Notes under the pieces: model-generated | Seen by the model: the letters and a program-made list of their open reading frames with translations, nothing else | What the model was told of the DNA's origin: nothing | Databases searched by the model: none | Position numbers and translations under genes: made by a program | Part shown: positions 50,471 through 63,239 of the stretch, in pieces | How positions within the stretch are numbered: the first letter of the stretch is position 1 | Layout: each line of letters begins with the position of its first letter | NCBI RefSeq assembly: GCF_048593235.1 | Contig: NC_133623.1 | Span: forward strand, 7,184,211 to 7,248,210 | Direction of reading: 5' to 3' | DNA: 64,000 bases | Source: Sminthopsis crassicaudata | Lineage: Eukaryota

Positions 50471-51883
50471 GCTAAAGGGTGATATCCCAAATAAATTGTG
50501 AGAATATGAAATAAATTGCCTGTCAGATTTATAGATAGTAGAGAAGTTTGCAACCAAATGAGAATAGAGAAATTAATAGGATGAATAATTTTGATTACAT
50601 TAAATTAAAAGATTTTTGTATAATCAAAACCAATGTGGCAACGATTAGAAAGAAAGCAGGAAATTGGGGTGGTAAATTTACAGCAAATTTCCCTGATAAA
50701 GGCCTCATTTCTCAAAAAATAGGGAACTGAGACAAATTTATAAAAATAAGAGTTATTCCCCAGTTGATAGGCCAGTGTAGATTAGGATACAATCAACACT
50801 GGCCTAAGCATGCTTCTCTGCCTTACAAGCCTCCAACTCCTGTTCACTCCCCTCAGTATGCAGAACAAATTGTGGCTGTAGTGGCAACCAACTCTTTAGC
50901 AGCTTAGAAATCTTGAGGTGTCCATGAGGCTGTAGTTTTTCTAGCTCTATATGACAGGGGAGTTTCTTCTCAATGTACTTCCTCTCATCATCTCCCACTC
51001 CCCTTATTTCATGGCGGACTTCATTCTTCCCCAGTGACAATGTCCTGGGTACCCCCTTTTCCACTTTCTATAAGAGCAAAAAATTCTAGTAACAGCTCTG
51101 AGTTTGGTACAGAATGTCTCATCAGCTAAAAAAGTCTTTCTTCAGCTCCTTGTCCTTTTTTTTAAATGAATGGCCTTAACAATGGGATTAATGGGACAAA
51201 AGAGAACAGCTTTCCCAAATAGGACTCATTATGGATCGAAATGGGACCCATTTTTCTCATACCTGAGAGTGGCTATAATCAAATAGCTGGCCCCTGTGAG
51301 AGCACTCTCAGGGTAGAAGGCAGTCTCAGCCTTCTCATCATCTTTAGGACATTGTGAGCTCAAAGCTAGCCTTTAAAAAGTGCAGTAAAGGGATGAAAGG
51401 AGAAATTATAGAGTGATCAGACGATGGCTAGGAGCTGAGTAAAGCAATGCTGAGATGGGAAGGAAAAAGCAAATTGAGACTTAATCATCCCTTTTGAATC
51501 CACCTATTTTCTGTCTCTAATGCACCAAAGGATTCCTCAGAACTTCTGAGTGAACTCTGAGGCCCTATCTCAGAGGAACTTATCTCATTAATCAGTGAAA
51601 CCCTTTGTTTCAGTGATTGCAATTTTGACCCATTAGTTTTGTCATGTTGTTGTCATATCAAATTCCTAAGGTTGACACATGTTTGTCATAGCTGCTTTAG
51701 AAATAGTAGTGCTGTTAGCTGACAGATGAGCATTGATGAATTCTTCTGTGTAAGAAGTTCCTATTTATTCTAAATCCCAAATCCCTGTAATAAAGGACTA
51801 ATTACTGGCTCTCTGCTTTTTGACATGTAAAAGAGAGTTCAATGACTAGCAAACACTGAAAATAGGGATTTTATGTTCTTTAG

Positions 51884-51939
51884 AGAAACTTTCCAAGAGT
51901 ATCCTGGCTAACCTGTACATTCAGAGCAGGCTCCTAGAC
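51884..51939 (+). CDS. Candidate 56-nt exon (KLSKSILANLYIQSRLLD)
   Basis: Acceptor ttttatgttctttag| and donor GAC|gtgagg. Ends in phase 0, compatible with the next candidate exon. Confidence 0.3.
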
Positions 51940-52564
51940 GTGAGGATCCTTGACGTACAAAGTTAAGGAAAAAGTCTTTTAGTTAAGAAAAAAGTCAGAC
52001 AGGAGTTATCTATTCAGTACTATAGCATGTTACTAGGGAGATCCCGTGGGATACAGAAGACATGGCAGAGACCATTGCTAAACTAGAGTGTTGGATTGGA
52101 AGTCAGAAACTCAGAGTTCAGATCCCAGCTCTTCCTGGTTATGTGACCTTGGAAAGTAATTTCTCCTACCTTGGCCTTTCTTTTTATGTAAAATGAAAGG
52201 GTTAGGCTAGATAATCTCTAAGGAGTACTTCCTGCTCTAAATCTAAGGGTACTTCCTACTCTAAATCTGTGATCCTTTGGTGTGCACATAAGCATTTTCA
52301 TTCATCTTATGTTCCACTAGGAAAGGAAATGAGCTACTCATGATGAAAGCATGTGGGATGGATGGGCAGCCTCAGTGCCACAGCAGTGCCCCATGATATG
52401 AAAAAGAAAAAACCGAGAAAGGCCTCTAGTGTGATGGCTTGATCCTCTTATGGGTATTATCTGGGGAAATGTTGCTAAGAATCATACAAGATTAGAAAGG
52501 ACTGACTGCATTTGTACCAATGAAAGAAGGGTCCAGAGAGATGAGATCTCAATCCCCCCCCCAG

Positions 52565-52665
52565 CCTGTGAGCGAACATTCAGTCAGACTGTCCCATTCC
52601 ATGACCTTTTGGGAGCATTGGGATGCCTTAGCCTTCTTGAGGAATATATCATTCATTCCCCCAAG
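52565..52665 (+). CDS. Candidate 101-nt exon (PVSEHSVRLSHSMTFWEHWDALAFLRNISFIPP-R)
   Basis: Acceptor tctcaatcccccccccag| and consensus donor AAG|gtaagc. Phase 0 to 2. Confidence 0.35.
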
Positions 52666-52799
52666 GTAAGCTCACCGATAAAGCATGTCTGCCAATAGGT
52701 CTAATGGAACGGGATGAAATCTGTGCTGGAAAAAAGATACAAAGAGGGTCCCCTGAGAAGTATTAGGAGACAGTGGTCACTTCTAGAAAGGATCAAATT

Positions 52800-53050
52800 C
52801 AATGAAGAGGTCCGTTGACTTTGTTCAATCACTTTTCAGTTATATCTGACCCCACCTGAGGTTTTCTTGGAAGGGATACTGAGTGGTTGGCCATTTCCTT
52901 CTCCAGCTCATTTGGAAGATAAGGAAACTGAGGCAGAGTTAAATGGCTTGCCCAGGGTCACAAAGCTAGTTTAGTATCTGAATCTGGATTTGAGCTCAAG
53001 TCTTCCTGATTCCAGGCTCAGTGTTCTATCCCCTGAGCCACCTATCTGCC
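52800..53050 (-). mobile_element. Mar1/MIR-derived SINE
   Basis: 'ttggccatttccttctccagctcattt...gaaactgaggcagagttaaatggcttgcccagggtcac'. Confidence 0.8.
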
Positions 53051-53391
53051 CCCATTGGTTTTATTACACTGCCAAAGGTGTTTATGATGAATAAAAGGTC
53101 ACTGACCCCTGCTTTAAATGGGTTTGCACCAAGAGAGACAGGATGGTATAATGAAGACAGGCGGTGAATCTAAATCTGTCATCTGCATTAGAGTCCTGAC
53201 TCTACAACTCAAGTCATGTCCCTACTAGCCTCAGCTTACTTGTCTGGGAAGTGGTGATAATTATTGGTGCTGAATGTGTCCTTGAGAAGAGTACTTCATA
53301 CAGTGGAAGCTACTGTATAAATCTAAGCTTTTGTGACTGCAGCAATGTGAGCTTTAATGAAGTCCCCAGGCTCACATGAATGATGTCCCAG

Positions 53392-53521
53392 GCTGTTGAA
53401 AGAATTCCCAGCTGAAATAGCTAACCTGCTGTCGCTGATCGTAGAAGAAGCCAGAGACAGGCACAAAGCCCAACTTGCAAAAAAAGTGTCGACTGAGGAA
53501 AGCGCAGGCTGGCAAGCTTGA
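53392..53521 (+). CDS. Candidate terminal coding exon (LLKEFPAEIANLLSLIVEEARDRHKAQLAKKVSTEESAGWQA*)
   Basis: Phase-2 acceptor gtcccag|G joins in frame with 52665. Four CpGs in 130 nt and a helix-like peptide. The pyrimidine tract is weak. Confidence 0.33.
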
Positions 53522-54329
53522 TGTTTATTCCCAGAAACATTCTAGAGTAGTTTCTGAAACAGATGGTTTGTAAGCACTTAGAAAACAGACCAATGATCAC
53601 TAGGGGCCAGGCTGGTTTACCAAGGAAGATTATGCCAAATGAACTTTATCGCCTCTATTTTTTTTTTTTTTGCTTTTTAATATGGTTAAAAGAGTGGTGA
53701 GCCCCCCAAAATGCCACAAACATAGGTGAGCTTGGTTTCAACAAGGAATTTCAAAGTATATTCCCTAGTGATCTTGTGGACCAGACAGAGAACTATGGAC
53801 ACTGGACATTTAGGTGAATATCATACAGAGCTAGATGAAAAAAATCATGGAAAAAGTCTTTCAATAGAATGGAAACATCAGGGGGCCTGAAATTCCTTTA
53901 TTTTTCTTCTTGGATCACTGACACTTAGCACAGTGTTGGGAAAATAATAGATATTTCCTCAGCATTTGCTTAGTTGACTTGAACCCCACCCATCCAGTGG
54001 GTGGTGATGGATGAATGTTGGAGATGGGTTCTTCCCATTTACATCTTTGTAGGTGTCAGGTAGACTGTTTTTCTGATTTTGCTTACTTTCCTCTGCATCA
54101 CTTCGCACAGGTCTTTCCATCTTCTGAAGTCTTTGTAGTTTTCATTTTCAACACAGTGATATTTAGCACAGTGGTATTCCCTTACGTTCGGGGACCACAC
54201 TTTGTCTAGGCATTTCCCAGTTGCTGGCTATTTATTTTCATTCTAGTTTTTTTTGCTACTTCTGGGTAATAATAGCATTGAATGGAGAAGAAAAAACACT
54301 TTTTTTTTCAAATGTTAAAAAATGAGAAT

Positions 54330-54680
54330 GGAATAGGGGATAGGGAGAGTGGAATTCATTGGCTAATGGATTTAAGATTCAGAAAGATTTCACCAGACTA
54401 AGAGCTGAATCTACTTAAATGGGGTGATGTTTACCAGGTAGAAATGGGAAGTCCTGGATTTAGATCCAAAGAGTCAATTGCCCACATTTAGAACAGAGTA
54501 CTCCTGAGGAGGGATTTAGTAGACTACAATTCTTCTCAATAGAAATTAACAGCTCCCTAAACATCTGTGCTCTGAGACTGCATAAATGGCTGTAGAGTGT
54601 CCAGATCAAGGACAATAAGGGCCCCACTGTATTTTCTGCTAGTCAGCTCACACTATTCTATTCAGTTCTAGGTGCCACTT
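54330..54680 (+). mobile_element. CR1/L3 remnant (continues at about 56205-56345)
   Basis: 'agtgtccagatcaaggac...ccccactgtattttctgctagtcag...tattcagttctaggtgccac' and 'ttgacaaactggagcatgtccaga'. Confidence 0.7.
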
Positions 54681-56479
54681 TTTTATTTATTTGTTTGTTT
54701 TATTTCATTTATTTATTTAAAATGCGGCCATTTTAATGAATGAATGGATGAATAAAAGCATGCAAAAACATTTACTAGTTACTTACAATTGGTCAAATCC
54801 CCACATTGAGTGACAATAATAATGTGTCATTTTGTGAGTTTATAACTAGGGTTAAGATGTTGTGGAGTTCATGTAATTACAATAAATGAAGAGGAGCTTC
54901 TCCAAGGAGGTGGCCCTCTCATTCCCTAAAATTACTCCAAGTGAATTTGCTCAAAGGCAAGGTGGCTCAGAAGTCCCCCTCGTGAGGGCACATTTTGTTT
55001 GGATTCCCTTTTTTTTCTCAAGACTTCTCTAAGTTAGCTCTAGGGGCGTATAATTATTGTATCTGCTTATATAGGCTTTGCTACTCATGGAAAACTCACC
55101 TTTTCCTAAGGGCATTTTTTGATTAAATTTCTCTCTTTTTTTTATAAGAAATCCAACCTGAAAGCTTGTTCACCCCTCCCCCAGACCTCAGCTCACACTG
55201 AAAGAGAATGTTTCCTTTCTCTCTAAAAAGGTCAAAACAACCTCTTCTCAAATCTCTAGTCACACTGGCATTAATCACCCAGACAATGCCATAAGCAGCC
55301 ACCAGCATTTTGAATATAATCAGATTTGTGGGCATAGATAATAATGTGAGGAGGAATTTAATATTGGAAGTAAACGTCTTAAGCCTTGGTTACTCTGAAT
55401 CCTTCCTTTGAACAGGAAGCAAGCATTCCTTCAAATCTTGCAACTCTATGCTATCAATACATAGAAAGGAAAGGATGAGAGAGTGGGCATCTGGAGATCA
55501 GACACCTAGATCAGTCCTGCCCGTGACTTTTCCCGAGTTGTGTACAAGATGGATGACTGTGATCATCTTTCTGCCTCCTCTCTGCCACAATTCTTCTAAG
55601 AGCCGAGCTCAAAGAGTTGTCACCTTGCTGGCAAACTCTGCAACAGAGGTCATTCACCCATTTCCTGAGCAGGATATCTCAGTGGCACCATTTTCTAGGC
55701 AGTAGACCAGGTGCCAATGCTGATGTACTGGCTGAGTACTGGGAGACAGTGATGCAAAAGCCAGCTGGTCCCTGCCTTCAAGGATCTTGCATTCAAATGG
55801 GGAAGACTACAGGAAAGTAGCATCCTGGGAGGGGTGCTCTGGTTTGAAGACTTACAGGGATGATGAGTGGAGCCATAGCAGAATCATTCACATACCCTTT
55901 CTAGTCGTAATAGTAGTATGGATTGGATTATGGTTCCATAATAGAAGGTGGGGGGATAGAAAGCCCATGAGCTGTAGAAGGGCAGTTAGTGGGATGATGG
56001 CTGTGTTATAAAATGAAGCATGACTAGAATTGTCTAGATACAGTGGCCTTGGAGAGGTATTCATCAATTAGGGCAACACGGAGCCCCAGGAATATATTTC
56101 CAGCCATTATAAGATCCATTAATTATCAGTACTCCCTGCTCCAAGCCTAGGCTTTAGTCCAGATGGTAACTACACTAGACAAGATGACCGGTGAGAAGAT
56201 GGCCAGGCTGTAAAAGGCTGTTGACAAACTGGAGCATGTCCAGAAAAGTGGGCTTAGAGTGGTGAGGGCTCTAAATACTATATGTGAAGAACCACTGTAG
56301 GAAGTAGAGATATTAAACCATGGAGAAGAAAAGACTCAGGAAGCAGGTCACATGTGCAAGAGGGACAGATAGGCTTATTTTGCGGAAGCCACAAGGACAA
56401 ACCTTGGAATCAGTGGTGGCAGTTGTAAAAGCTTTATGACTTGAGGACCATGAAATCTGTTGGCAATCAGCATCACTAA

Positions 56480-56950
56480 GGCCTCAGAGGGTGCTCCTGT
56501 TTTGGAAGGGAAGTTGCGCTATAGGGCATTTTCACGTCTGCTGTTACGATTTGTTATTCTAAAGACAACTTGGGCTTAATGTCACTGAACAGAGTTGCTA
56601 TTAAGCAGTCTCAGTCCTGTGTTTGTTTAAACTGAAGGTCCTTTGTTTATTACAGTCAGCCAAGCAAGAAAAGTTAATGGGCTTTTTAAAATATAGAAAT
56701 GAAAGCTTTATAATGGACCTCGGTGCTTAGATTTCCAAAGCGTGGGTGAAGTGAACTTCACTGGCATTTGCTATTAGGGCTCAGGCTGCTCAATAGTCTT
56801 ACCTGATTGACAGTTCCAGTGAGGGCCCAGGGCCTTACTTCTGCTAATAAATGGTTCTCCTTCACAATAGACCTAGAAAAAGGGCCCTAATTTATTGGTT
56901 AATGGCTGCTCCCTTTTGATGGACTATTAGCCCAGGTTCAAAGGGGGAAA
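56480..56950. promoter_or_regulatory. Possible enhancer-like non-repeat block
   Basis: TGATTGACAG (PBX-MEIS/PREP decamer) at 56804-56813, TAATAAA, TAATTTATTGG and CTTTGTTT motifs, and several CpGs. Confidence 0.25.
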
Positions 56951-57239
56951 AAAAAACATCTGTGACTCCTTGGGAAAAGGGAGGAAAATAGAAAGGAGCC
57001 AAGCTTTTCAAAGGAGGCCCTGAGGGTTTCCTTACACAGAATTTTGACCCCCTTACCTTGGGGGTCTCACTCCAGATGACCCGGGGGCATGGACCCTGGT
57101 TGAGCTACTTTTCTTAGAATTAATAATGGGCCTTTCTATAGCCTGCTCAGGTTTTCAAAGTGCTTTACAAATATCTCCTTTGATGCTCTCGTGTAAACAA
57201 CAACCTGGTGCGAGGAGGAAGAGAATGAAAGATGGAAGC

Positions 57240-57440
57240 TAATGTTTATATAGAGCTTACTGTATGTTGGGCATTTTCCAATTATTATCTCATTTCATCT
57301 TCACAAAAAACCTGGCAAGTAAGTGCTATTGTTATCTCCATTTTACAGCTGAGGAAACTGAGGCAAACAGAAGTGAAGCCATTTGTGTAGAGTCACACAG
57401 CTAATAAGTATCCAGGGTCAGAATTGAACTAAGGCCTTCT
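57240..57440 (-). mobile_element. MIR SINE
   Basis: 'attatctcatttcatcttcacaaaaaacctgg...ttttacagctgaggaaactgaggc...agaattgaact'. Confidence 0.8.
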
Positions 57441-58729
57441 TAGCTGCCAGCTCCAAAGATATCAGTTCTTCTGCATAGATGGGGAGACTGAGTCTTAGAA
57501 ATGAAATGAAATGGATTGTCCTATATCATGCAGGCAGCTTAGTGCCAGGTGGAACGAGAGCTAAGTCTTTTCCCTTTTACAGATGAGGTTCAGGGATTGT
57601 CTGAGATCACACAGCTTGGTATATGACAGATGTGACATTTGAAATTTTGTTACTCCTTCCTTCTGGGTACTCAGGCCTCCTTCTTGTTATGGCACCAAGC
57701 TGATATCTCTTTGACTGAAGTTCTAGTTCCTCAACTTTTGAAGCACCTTTAGAAGAAAATGGGACTGAAAGTCCTTGCTCTGTTCTCATGCTTCCATTCC
57801 ATCTGGCATTGTAGAAATACTTATTTTGAGGCATCTGGGATATAGAGAAGAGCCCTAACTTAGAAGGAAGGTGAAAGCATGATTTCATAGATTTGTGAGT
57901 GAAGCAGGAAGGGATTACTGGGCCCAGAGAGGAGTATTAAGGTCACTCAGAGAATAAGCAGCAAAGTCATATTCCCTAGCTCTAGTGTCCTTCCCAACAC
58001 CCCATCCTTCTTGGGTAGAGGAAATGAAAGTGTTAAATCCATGGACAGCCAACCTCTGGTCACCTTTCTTTTGTGTTTTATTCAAAGCCTTCTGGGGCAG
58101 TCCCTCAGCTCTCATGGTTGCTAATGAAATGAAGTTCAACCCAATAAGCATTTGTTAAGCTCCTACTATGTGCTAGGTCTGGGGATACAAAAGAAGAGAG
58201 AACATCCTTGACCTCGGGCAGCTTACCTTCAGGTGGAGGAATACAGTGTTACAAAAATGTGGTTGCTAGCAGTGTCCACACATCCAAATGGAACTCAGCT
58301 TTGAGGACCAGGGTTAGCTCCGTGCAGAACTCCTCTCCCTTTCATGGGAAGGAAGTAGCACAATCATCAGGAATGCTTATTGCTGCCGTTGTTTTTCCCT
58401 TTCTTTGTATCGCCAGCACTTGGGACATAGTAGGTGCTTAATAAAATACTAGTTGGCTGAACATTCATGCTGTGGCCTGGTAGACGGAGTTGGGGAAGGA
58501 ATTTAGTCATAGGCCACATAGTGAAGGAGGTAATCTTGTCTCCTGGGAAGTATTCTACTGTACCTCCCACTGTTCCTCATATCCATCTATTCTGTCTCTG
58601 TCCTCCCTCCACCTCTGACATAGATTTGTACATGCAAGGCAACCAGTACCCTCATAGTTTCCAGGGTCCCATTCAGTTATCTCCCCCGAGCTTGCCCTGT
58701 TAAGCAGCATGCCATGGTCTGTGTTTATC

Positions 58730-58970
58730 ACTACTTGGGGTACAGTTAATAGAGCATTGGGCCTGGGGGCAGGAAAAGTTGAGTTTAAGAAATCCAGCTT
58801 TGCACACTAGCTTTGCAACCCTGAGCAAGTCACTTAATTATTGTTTGCCTTGGTTTTCCTGAGAATTGGGACTAATAATAGTACGTACTTCATAAAATTA
58901 TGAGAACCAGATGCTAAGCAAAGTGCCTCACACGCGGTGGGTGCTATGTAAATGCTTATTTCTTCCCTTC
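58730..58970 (+). mobile_element. MIR SINE
   Basis: 'atagagcattgggcctggg...ccctgagcaagtcacttaa...gggtgctatgtaaatgcttatt'. Confidence 0.75.
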
Positions 58971-59379
58971 CTTTTCCTCCCCTTATAGTATAAATGGTTT
59001 AAAGTTGAAACGAATTAATGTTGAGCTATTTAAACAAAGTTAAGCTAGGTGGTAATAGATTATTAAATATATAGTGAAGAAGGCCTGAGTTGTAATCCAG
59101 CCTCAGAACCTACTTGCTCTATAACTCTGAGCAAGTCACTTGAAATATCTTTCTAGTTTGATGATACATCACCTCCATTTATTCTGTGTTCTAGTACATT
59201 TTTTCCTTCTTGTACCTAACTTTCCATCTCTTACTTCTCTGATTTGATATAGTCTCTTCCTCCTCACTTAACCTTTCTTGGACTTTTTTCTCATCTGTAA
59301 AATGAGGATGATGACAACACCTACCTCACGATGTTGTTGGGAGGATCAAATATGTTAACATAGTTAAAGTACTTGGCAA

Positions 59380-60640
59380 ACTTTAAAGAGCTGTGTGAAC
59401 AAGTAATTAAAAAACAAAAAAGGGGAAATGGACAACAGAAATAACATTGACACCAAGTAAATAATTTTATCCCCAACAAGGACAAAAAGAGCCCAGAAAG
59501 TGGTTTAGAAAAAAAACATTGGGATCACTAATCAAAGAGAGAGGGGGAGCTGCCAAAGGTAACTCCAGGGTAGAATACAAACTCATTTGTAAAATATTAT
59601 GAAGGATGATGGACGATTATGAGCAGGACTGTATCATAAAATAGAGAAAAAGCAATGGAGGGTGAAACCAGTTTAAAGAAAATCTTGGCAAGAGATCCAA
59701 CAGAGCAAAGGCATCCCAAGGGCATTTCCAAATGAAAATGGAAGGACAGCTACAAACGAGAAAAAAACAGACTTGTGAAAGTCACTATAGCATAAAGGGT
59801 AGCTGAACCCCCACACTCAACTCTTAATATCACAATCAAGGACATGTTCGGAAAGAAAGTTAAGACAGCTCAAATGAGAACAAAGACAGGAAAAGCAGCT
59901 GGATTGGATTGAGTATATATAGGAGAGAACTTTACTAAAGATGACCCAATAGTGGCTACATTAAAAGACTAGAGTATGAGGTATGTGAAAGAGGGGGGGG
60001 AATATCAAAGATATGAGGGAAAACAAACTATCCAGAGCCTTTATGAAGGTCATCTACACAAATTAATGACAGCCTTAATGAGATTCAGATTAGGCAGCTA
60101 GTGCTAGTCAAGGATGCACTGCATCTCAACTACCTCACATTTTACTGAAATATAGAGAAAATATAAGATCCTATTGTGCTTCTGGATTTGGTAAACACAA
60201 TATTGCCTTACAAGGCTCTTTTACAGGAAGGGCATCTTCCAGGCTCACAGTGAAGTCAGTCAAGCTTCCTTGGAAGTACAGAGAGAATGACAGAGATGAT
60301 TCTGTTCTTTGATAAAGGATATCCATTTGGTGGGATGTATGCTCATCAAAGGTATCCTCCAGTGTGATGGAGACCTTCATACAGTCTAATCCAAAGAAGG
60401 ATTCCAAATTTAGGGTAATGTTCTTTAGATGCTCCTGTTTGCATGATATTGTGTTGATTGTATCATGCTCCATACCCCTGCCCCCCCATTAGGACATTGC
60501 AGAGCCTCTAGAAGAGATCTTCTATCAGTCAATGAAATTTGGCCAGACTATCCAGATATCTGACTAGCCGGAGGAAAGATGAAGCTGTCTTTGGTCCAGA
60601 TTTAAACATGTATTTAATTGGTTGTCCTGTAGAGATTATC
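59380..60640 (+). mobile_element. Decayed RTE-clade LINE RT region
   Basis: 'gatgctcctgtttgcatgatattgtgttgattg' corresponds to MLLFADDIVLI with a 1-nt loss. 'aggaaaagcagctggattgg' corresponds to GKAAG.D. Confidence 0.65.
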
Positions 60641-63239
60641 CAATATTTTGCCCCTCTAAGACTGACAATAAGGGTGGAAAGTGAGTTGGGCCTAAAATTG
60701 AAAAAGAAAAAGTGAAGGACTAAATTTTCCTTTGGAGAAACTGCAAAACTTTTCCACTAACCTTAAGTTTACCCTAAAAATTAAGGCTCATTTTTTTTTT
60801 CAATAACCAGTATTACTTTGTGATAGTAAGATAGGAAATCCAAGTGGGTAGGGACCAGGTTTTTGCCTTCTTTGCATTCCAGTGATTAGCGGAGTGTCTG
60901 GTGCCAGATAGCAGCTTGGTCAATTCTTACTGACTGGACACAGGGGACAATACAGAGGCATATGACTGATTTCAGGTTATGACACACAACCAAGGAGGAA
61001 GTCTGAAGTACAGGAGCAGAAGATATCTTCAAGAAATCATATGATGGGAAGAGAAGAGGGACTGCTCATATGTTACTGGAAGAAATAACAAGAAGTTAGC
61101 CAGAGTGCAGTCAGGAGAAAGCAAGCAAATCTTCCAATATGGTGGCTGGCCCCTGAGATAGACTTATGGGGAAGGCTTGGACTAGAGTCCTCCAGGTTGG
61201 GCAGCCTCATGTTCTAAACCTCCATTTGAGACAGAGCTCCCAGATCAGCTAGATCCTGAGAATCAAATATGTGCTAGGTGCGATATCTAAAAACCAAATA
61301 AAGACTCCCAAGGAGCTCCCATTCTTCAGGAGTCAAAGAACATATGTACAAAGTAAGTGCTCACTATGTGTGGGCTGCTGTATTTAGATTTCTAGAGGGA
61401 TACATCCACTACCTAGTTAACTAATTTCAAAGTATTTACCAAGCAATTTCAAGAGAGAGAAAGGGCTAATAAATGAGAAACGGGAAGGGGGAAAGTGATG
61501 TTAGGACCCTCGAAGGAAGTGAATGATATCTGAGCTGTGTGGGGAAGCTCGGAGGTAGAGGTGACATGGAGGACAGCTGAGTCAGATAACCTTTATCATC
61601 CCTTTCAGCTCCAAATGTACTATCCTGTGACCTAAGCTTGGAAATTGTGTTTCATTAAAAAAAAAAGATATTTAAATACTCCAGATTGTCATGGAATGAA
61701 CTATAATTAGTGGAAAGAACTGAATCTGGAGACAGATGACCTCAGGTTGATAGCTGGCTCTTTTCTTAGCAATTAGCCCGTCCTTGTGTACATTATTTTA
61801 CCTCAATAAATTAGAGATCATATTACTTAGTGAAAGAGTGCTAGGTCGGAGTTGGAGGCCCGTCATTTGAATCGTTGCCATTCCACATTAATTGCTCTTG
61901 GTATGGCCATGGGCGAATGACTTCTCTCTACAGCTTTGTTTCTTCATCTGCAAGATGAGGGGTTTGAACCAGCTAATCTCTAAGCTTCCTTTCAGTGCTA
62001 AGTCAATGATCTCCTAATCATTCCTTCCTTCTCCTTTTACTCCCAAATTAAGGTGAACTAGGAAGTGGGGAAGGCTGTAGTTAAAGGATCGTATTTACCT
62101 ATTTTTCCAGGTTTATATATAGTTGCTTCCTATGTACCATCTATTAACTCCACATTCCTGTCAAAATACATTAGTGTCTCCCACATCCATGCATTTATAC
62201 AATTACCTTCCTATTCCTGTTATGCTTGCCCATCTCATCTCTACCTCTCAGACTCCTCATCTTCCTTCCTGATTAAGCTTAGATGCCTACGTCCTCTGCA
62301 AAGCCCTTTCATGATGTCCTGGTTATCAGCATTCTCTCCCATTTTAATCGTCCTGTTACTAAAATAGTTCAAGTACCTGTTCTATCTGTTTTTTACCCCA
62401 TCCCCAAAATTTAAACTCCTTGAGATAAGGGGTTCTTCCCTCTGTATCTTTCTCTCTATCCTTAGCACTTACACATGGTAGAAAACATATTGAGTTCAAT
62501 CAAAACCTGTTTGTGGCTTTCCGAAAGTGTTTCTGACAGCCCAATATGAAGAGGTCAGAGAAAATATATTCAGAATGTATTGATTTAGAAACGTCTTTGC
62601 AGATTTTATTCAGCAACTTGGAAACAAAATGGAGATAAGGACCTTAGTGGGAGGCCTTGGTTTCTCACAGCAGGACTTGGACAACAAAATTCTAATAAAA
62701 ATCTCCAAACATCTTTGCTCCATTAGTACCCAAACCTTAAGTACCTAATATGGAAGACTGGAAGGAAATAGCTTGGAAGCATCTGCTCTTGTTACCCTCT
62801 GGTTCCTTCTTGGATGAAAAATCAGGACTCCATTTAGCTCAGCAGGAGTGTAAATCAAACAAAAAGTCATTCCATTAGGATGATGAGCTGTTGACATGCT
62901 AGTTACCTGCTGAAGAGGAAAGTTCTCCTAAATGTGGCTTCCAACCAAAGTCAGAAGTGAATTCTCTGCTGTCACGTTGCTTTCTGGAATACCTAGGAAA
63001 AAGTAAAACTTTTCTAAACATTTCTCTGTAGTTTCTATCAGTCCAGGGATGGAGGCCACGATGGAATTTCCACTAAACTGGGAAGTTTGAGATGAACCAA
63101 TTGTGCTCCAGCAAGAAAAATCAACTACTTGGCAATCCCCAAAACAGCCCATTCTAGGGATTCCAAAATGTACTGCAGCTATTATCCTTTGCAATTATTA
63201 TTTTTTTTACAGAAAATCACACGAATGAAAGAAAACAAT

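Larger units (their letters stand above)
47830..50765 (+). mobile_element. Old L1 ORF2 remnant interrupted by an RTE-tailed SINE (about 48130-48555) and two younger L1 3'-ends
   Basis: A-rich L1 ORF2 sequence at 47830-49400 resumes at 50475-50765 (ORF 50548-50730: NNFDYIKLKDFC). Confidence 0.75.

Noticed and set aside
52565-53521. Assigning the spliced peptide to a family: eIF2-alpha-kinase subdomains X-XI (T..E...LRN..F.P...P.E...DR..A) or an RGS22-like RGS domain (IPP.L..[DE].P.E.A)
   Set aside because: Two unrelated families match partially by eye, which shows the resemblance is not diagnostic. I found no upstream kinase subdomain IX, DFG or HRD exon. No gene symbol is given.
60171-60473. 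100-aa minus-strand ORF
   Set aside because: It is antisense to a decayed RTE reverse-transcriptase region and has no independent support.
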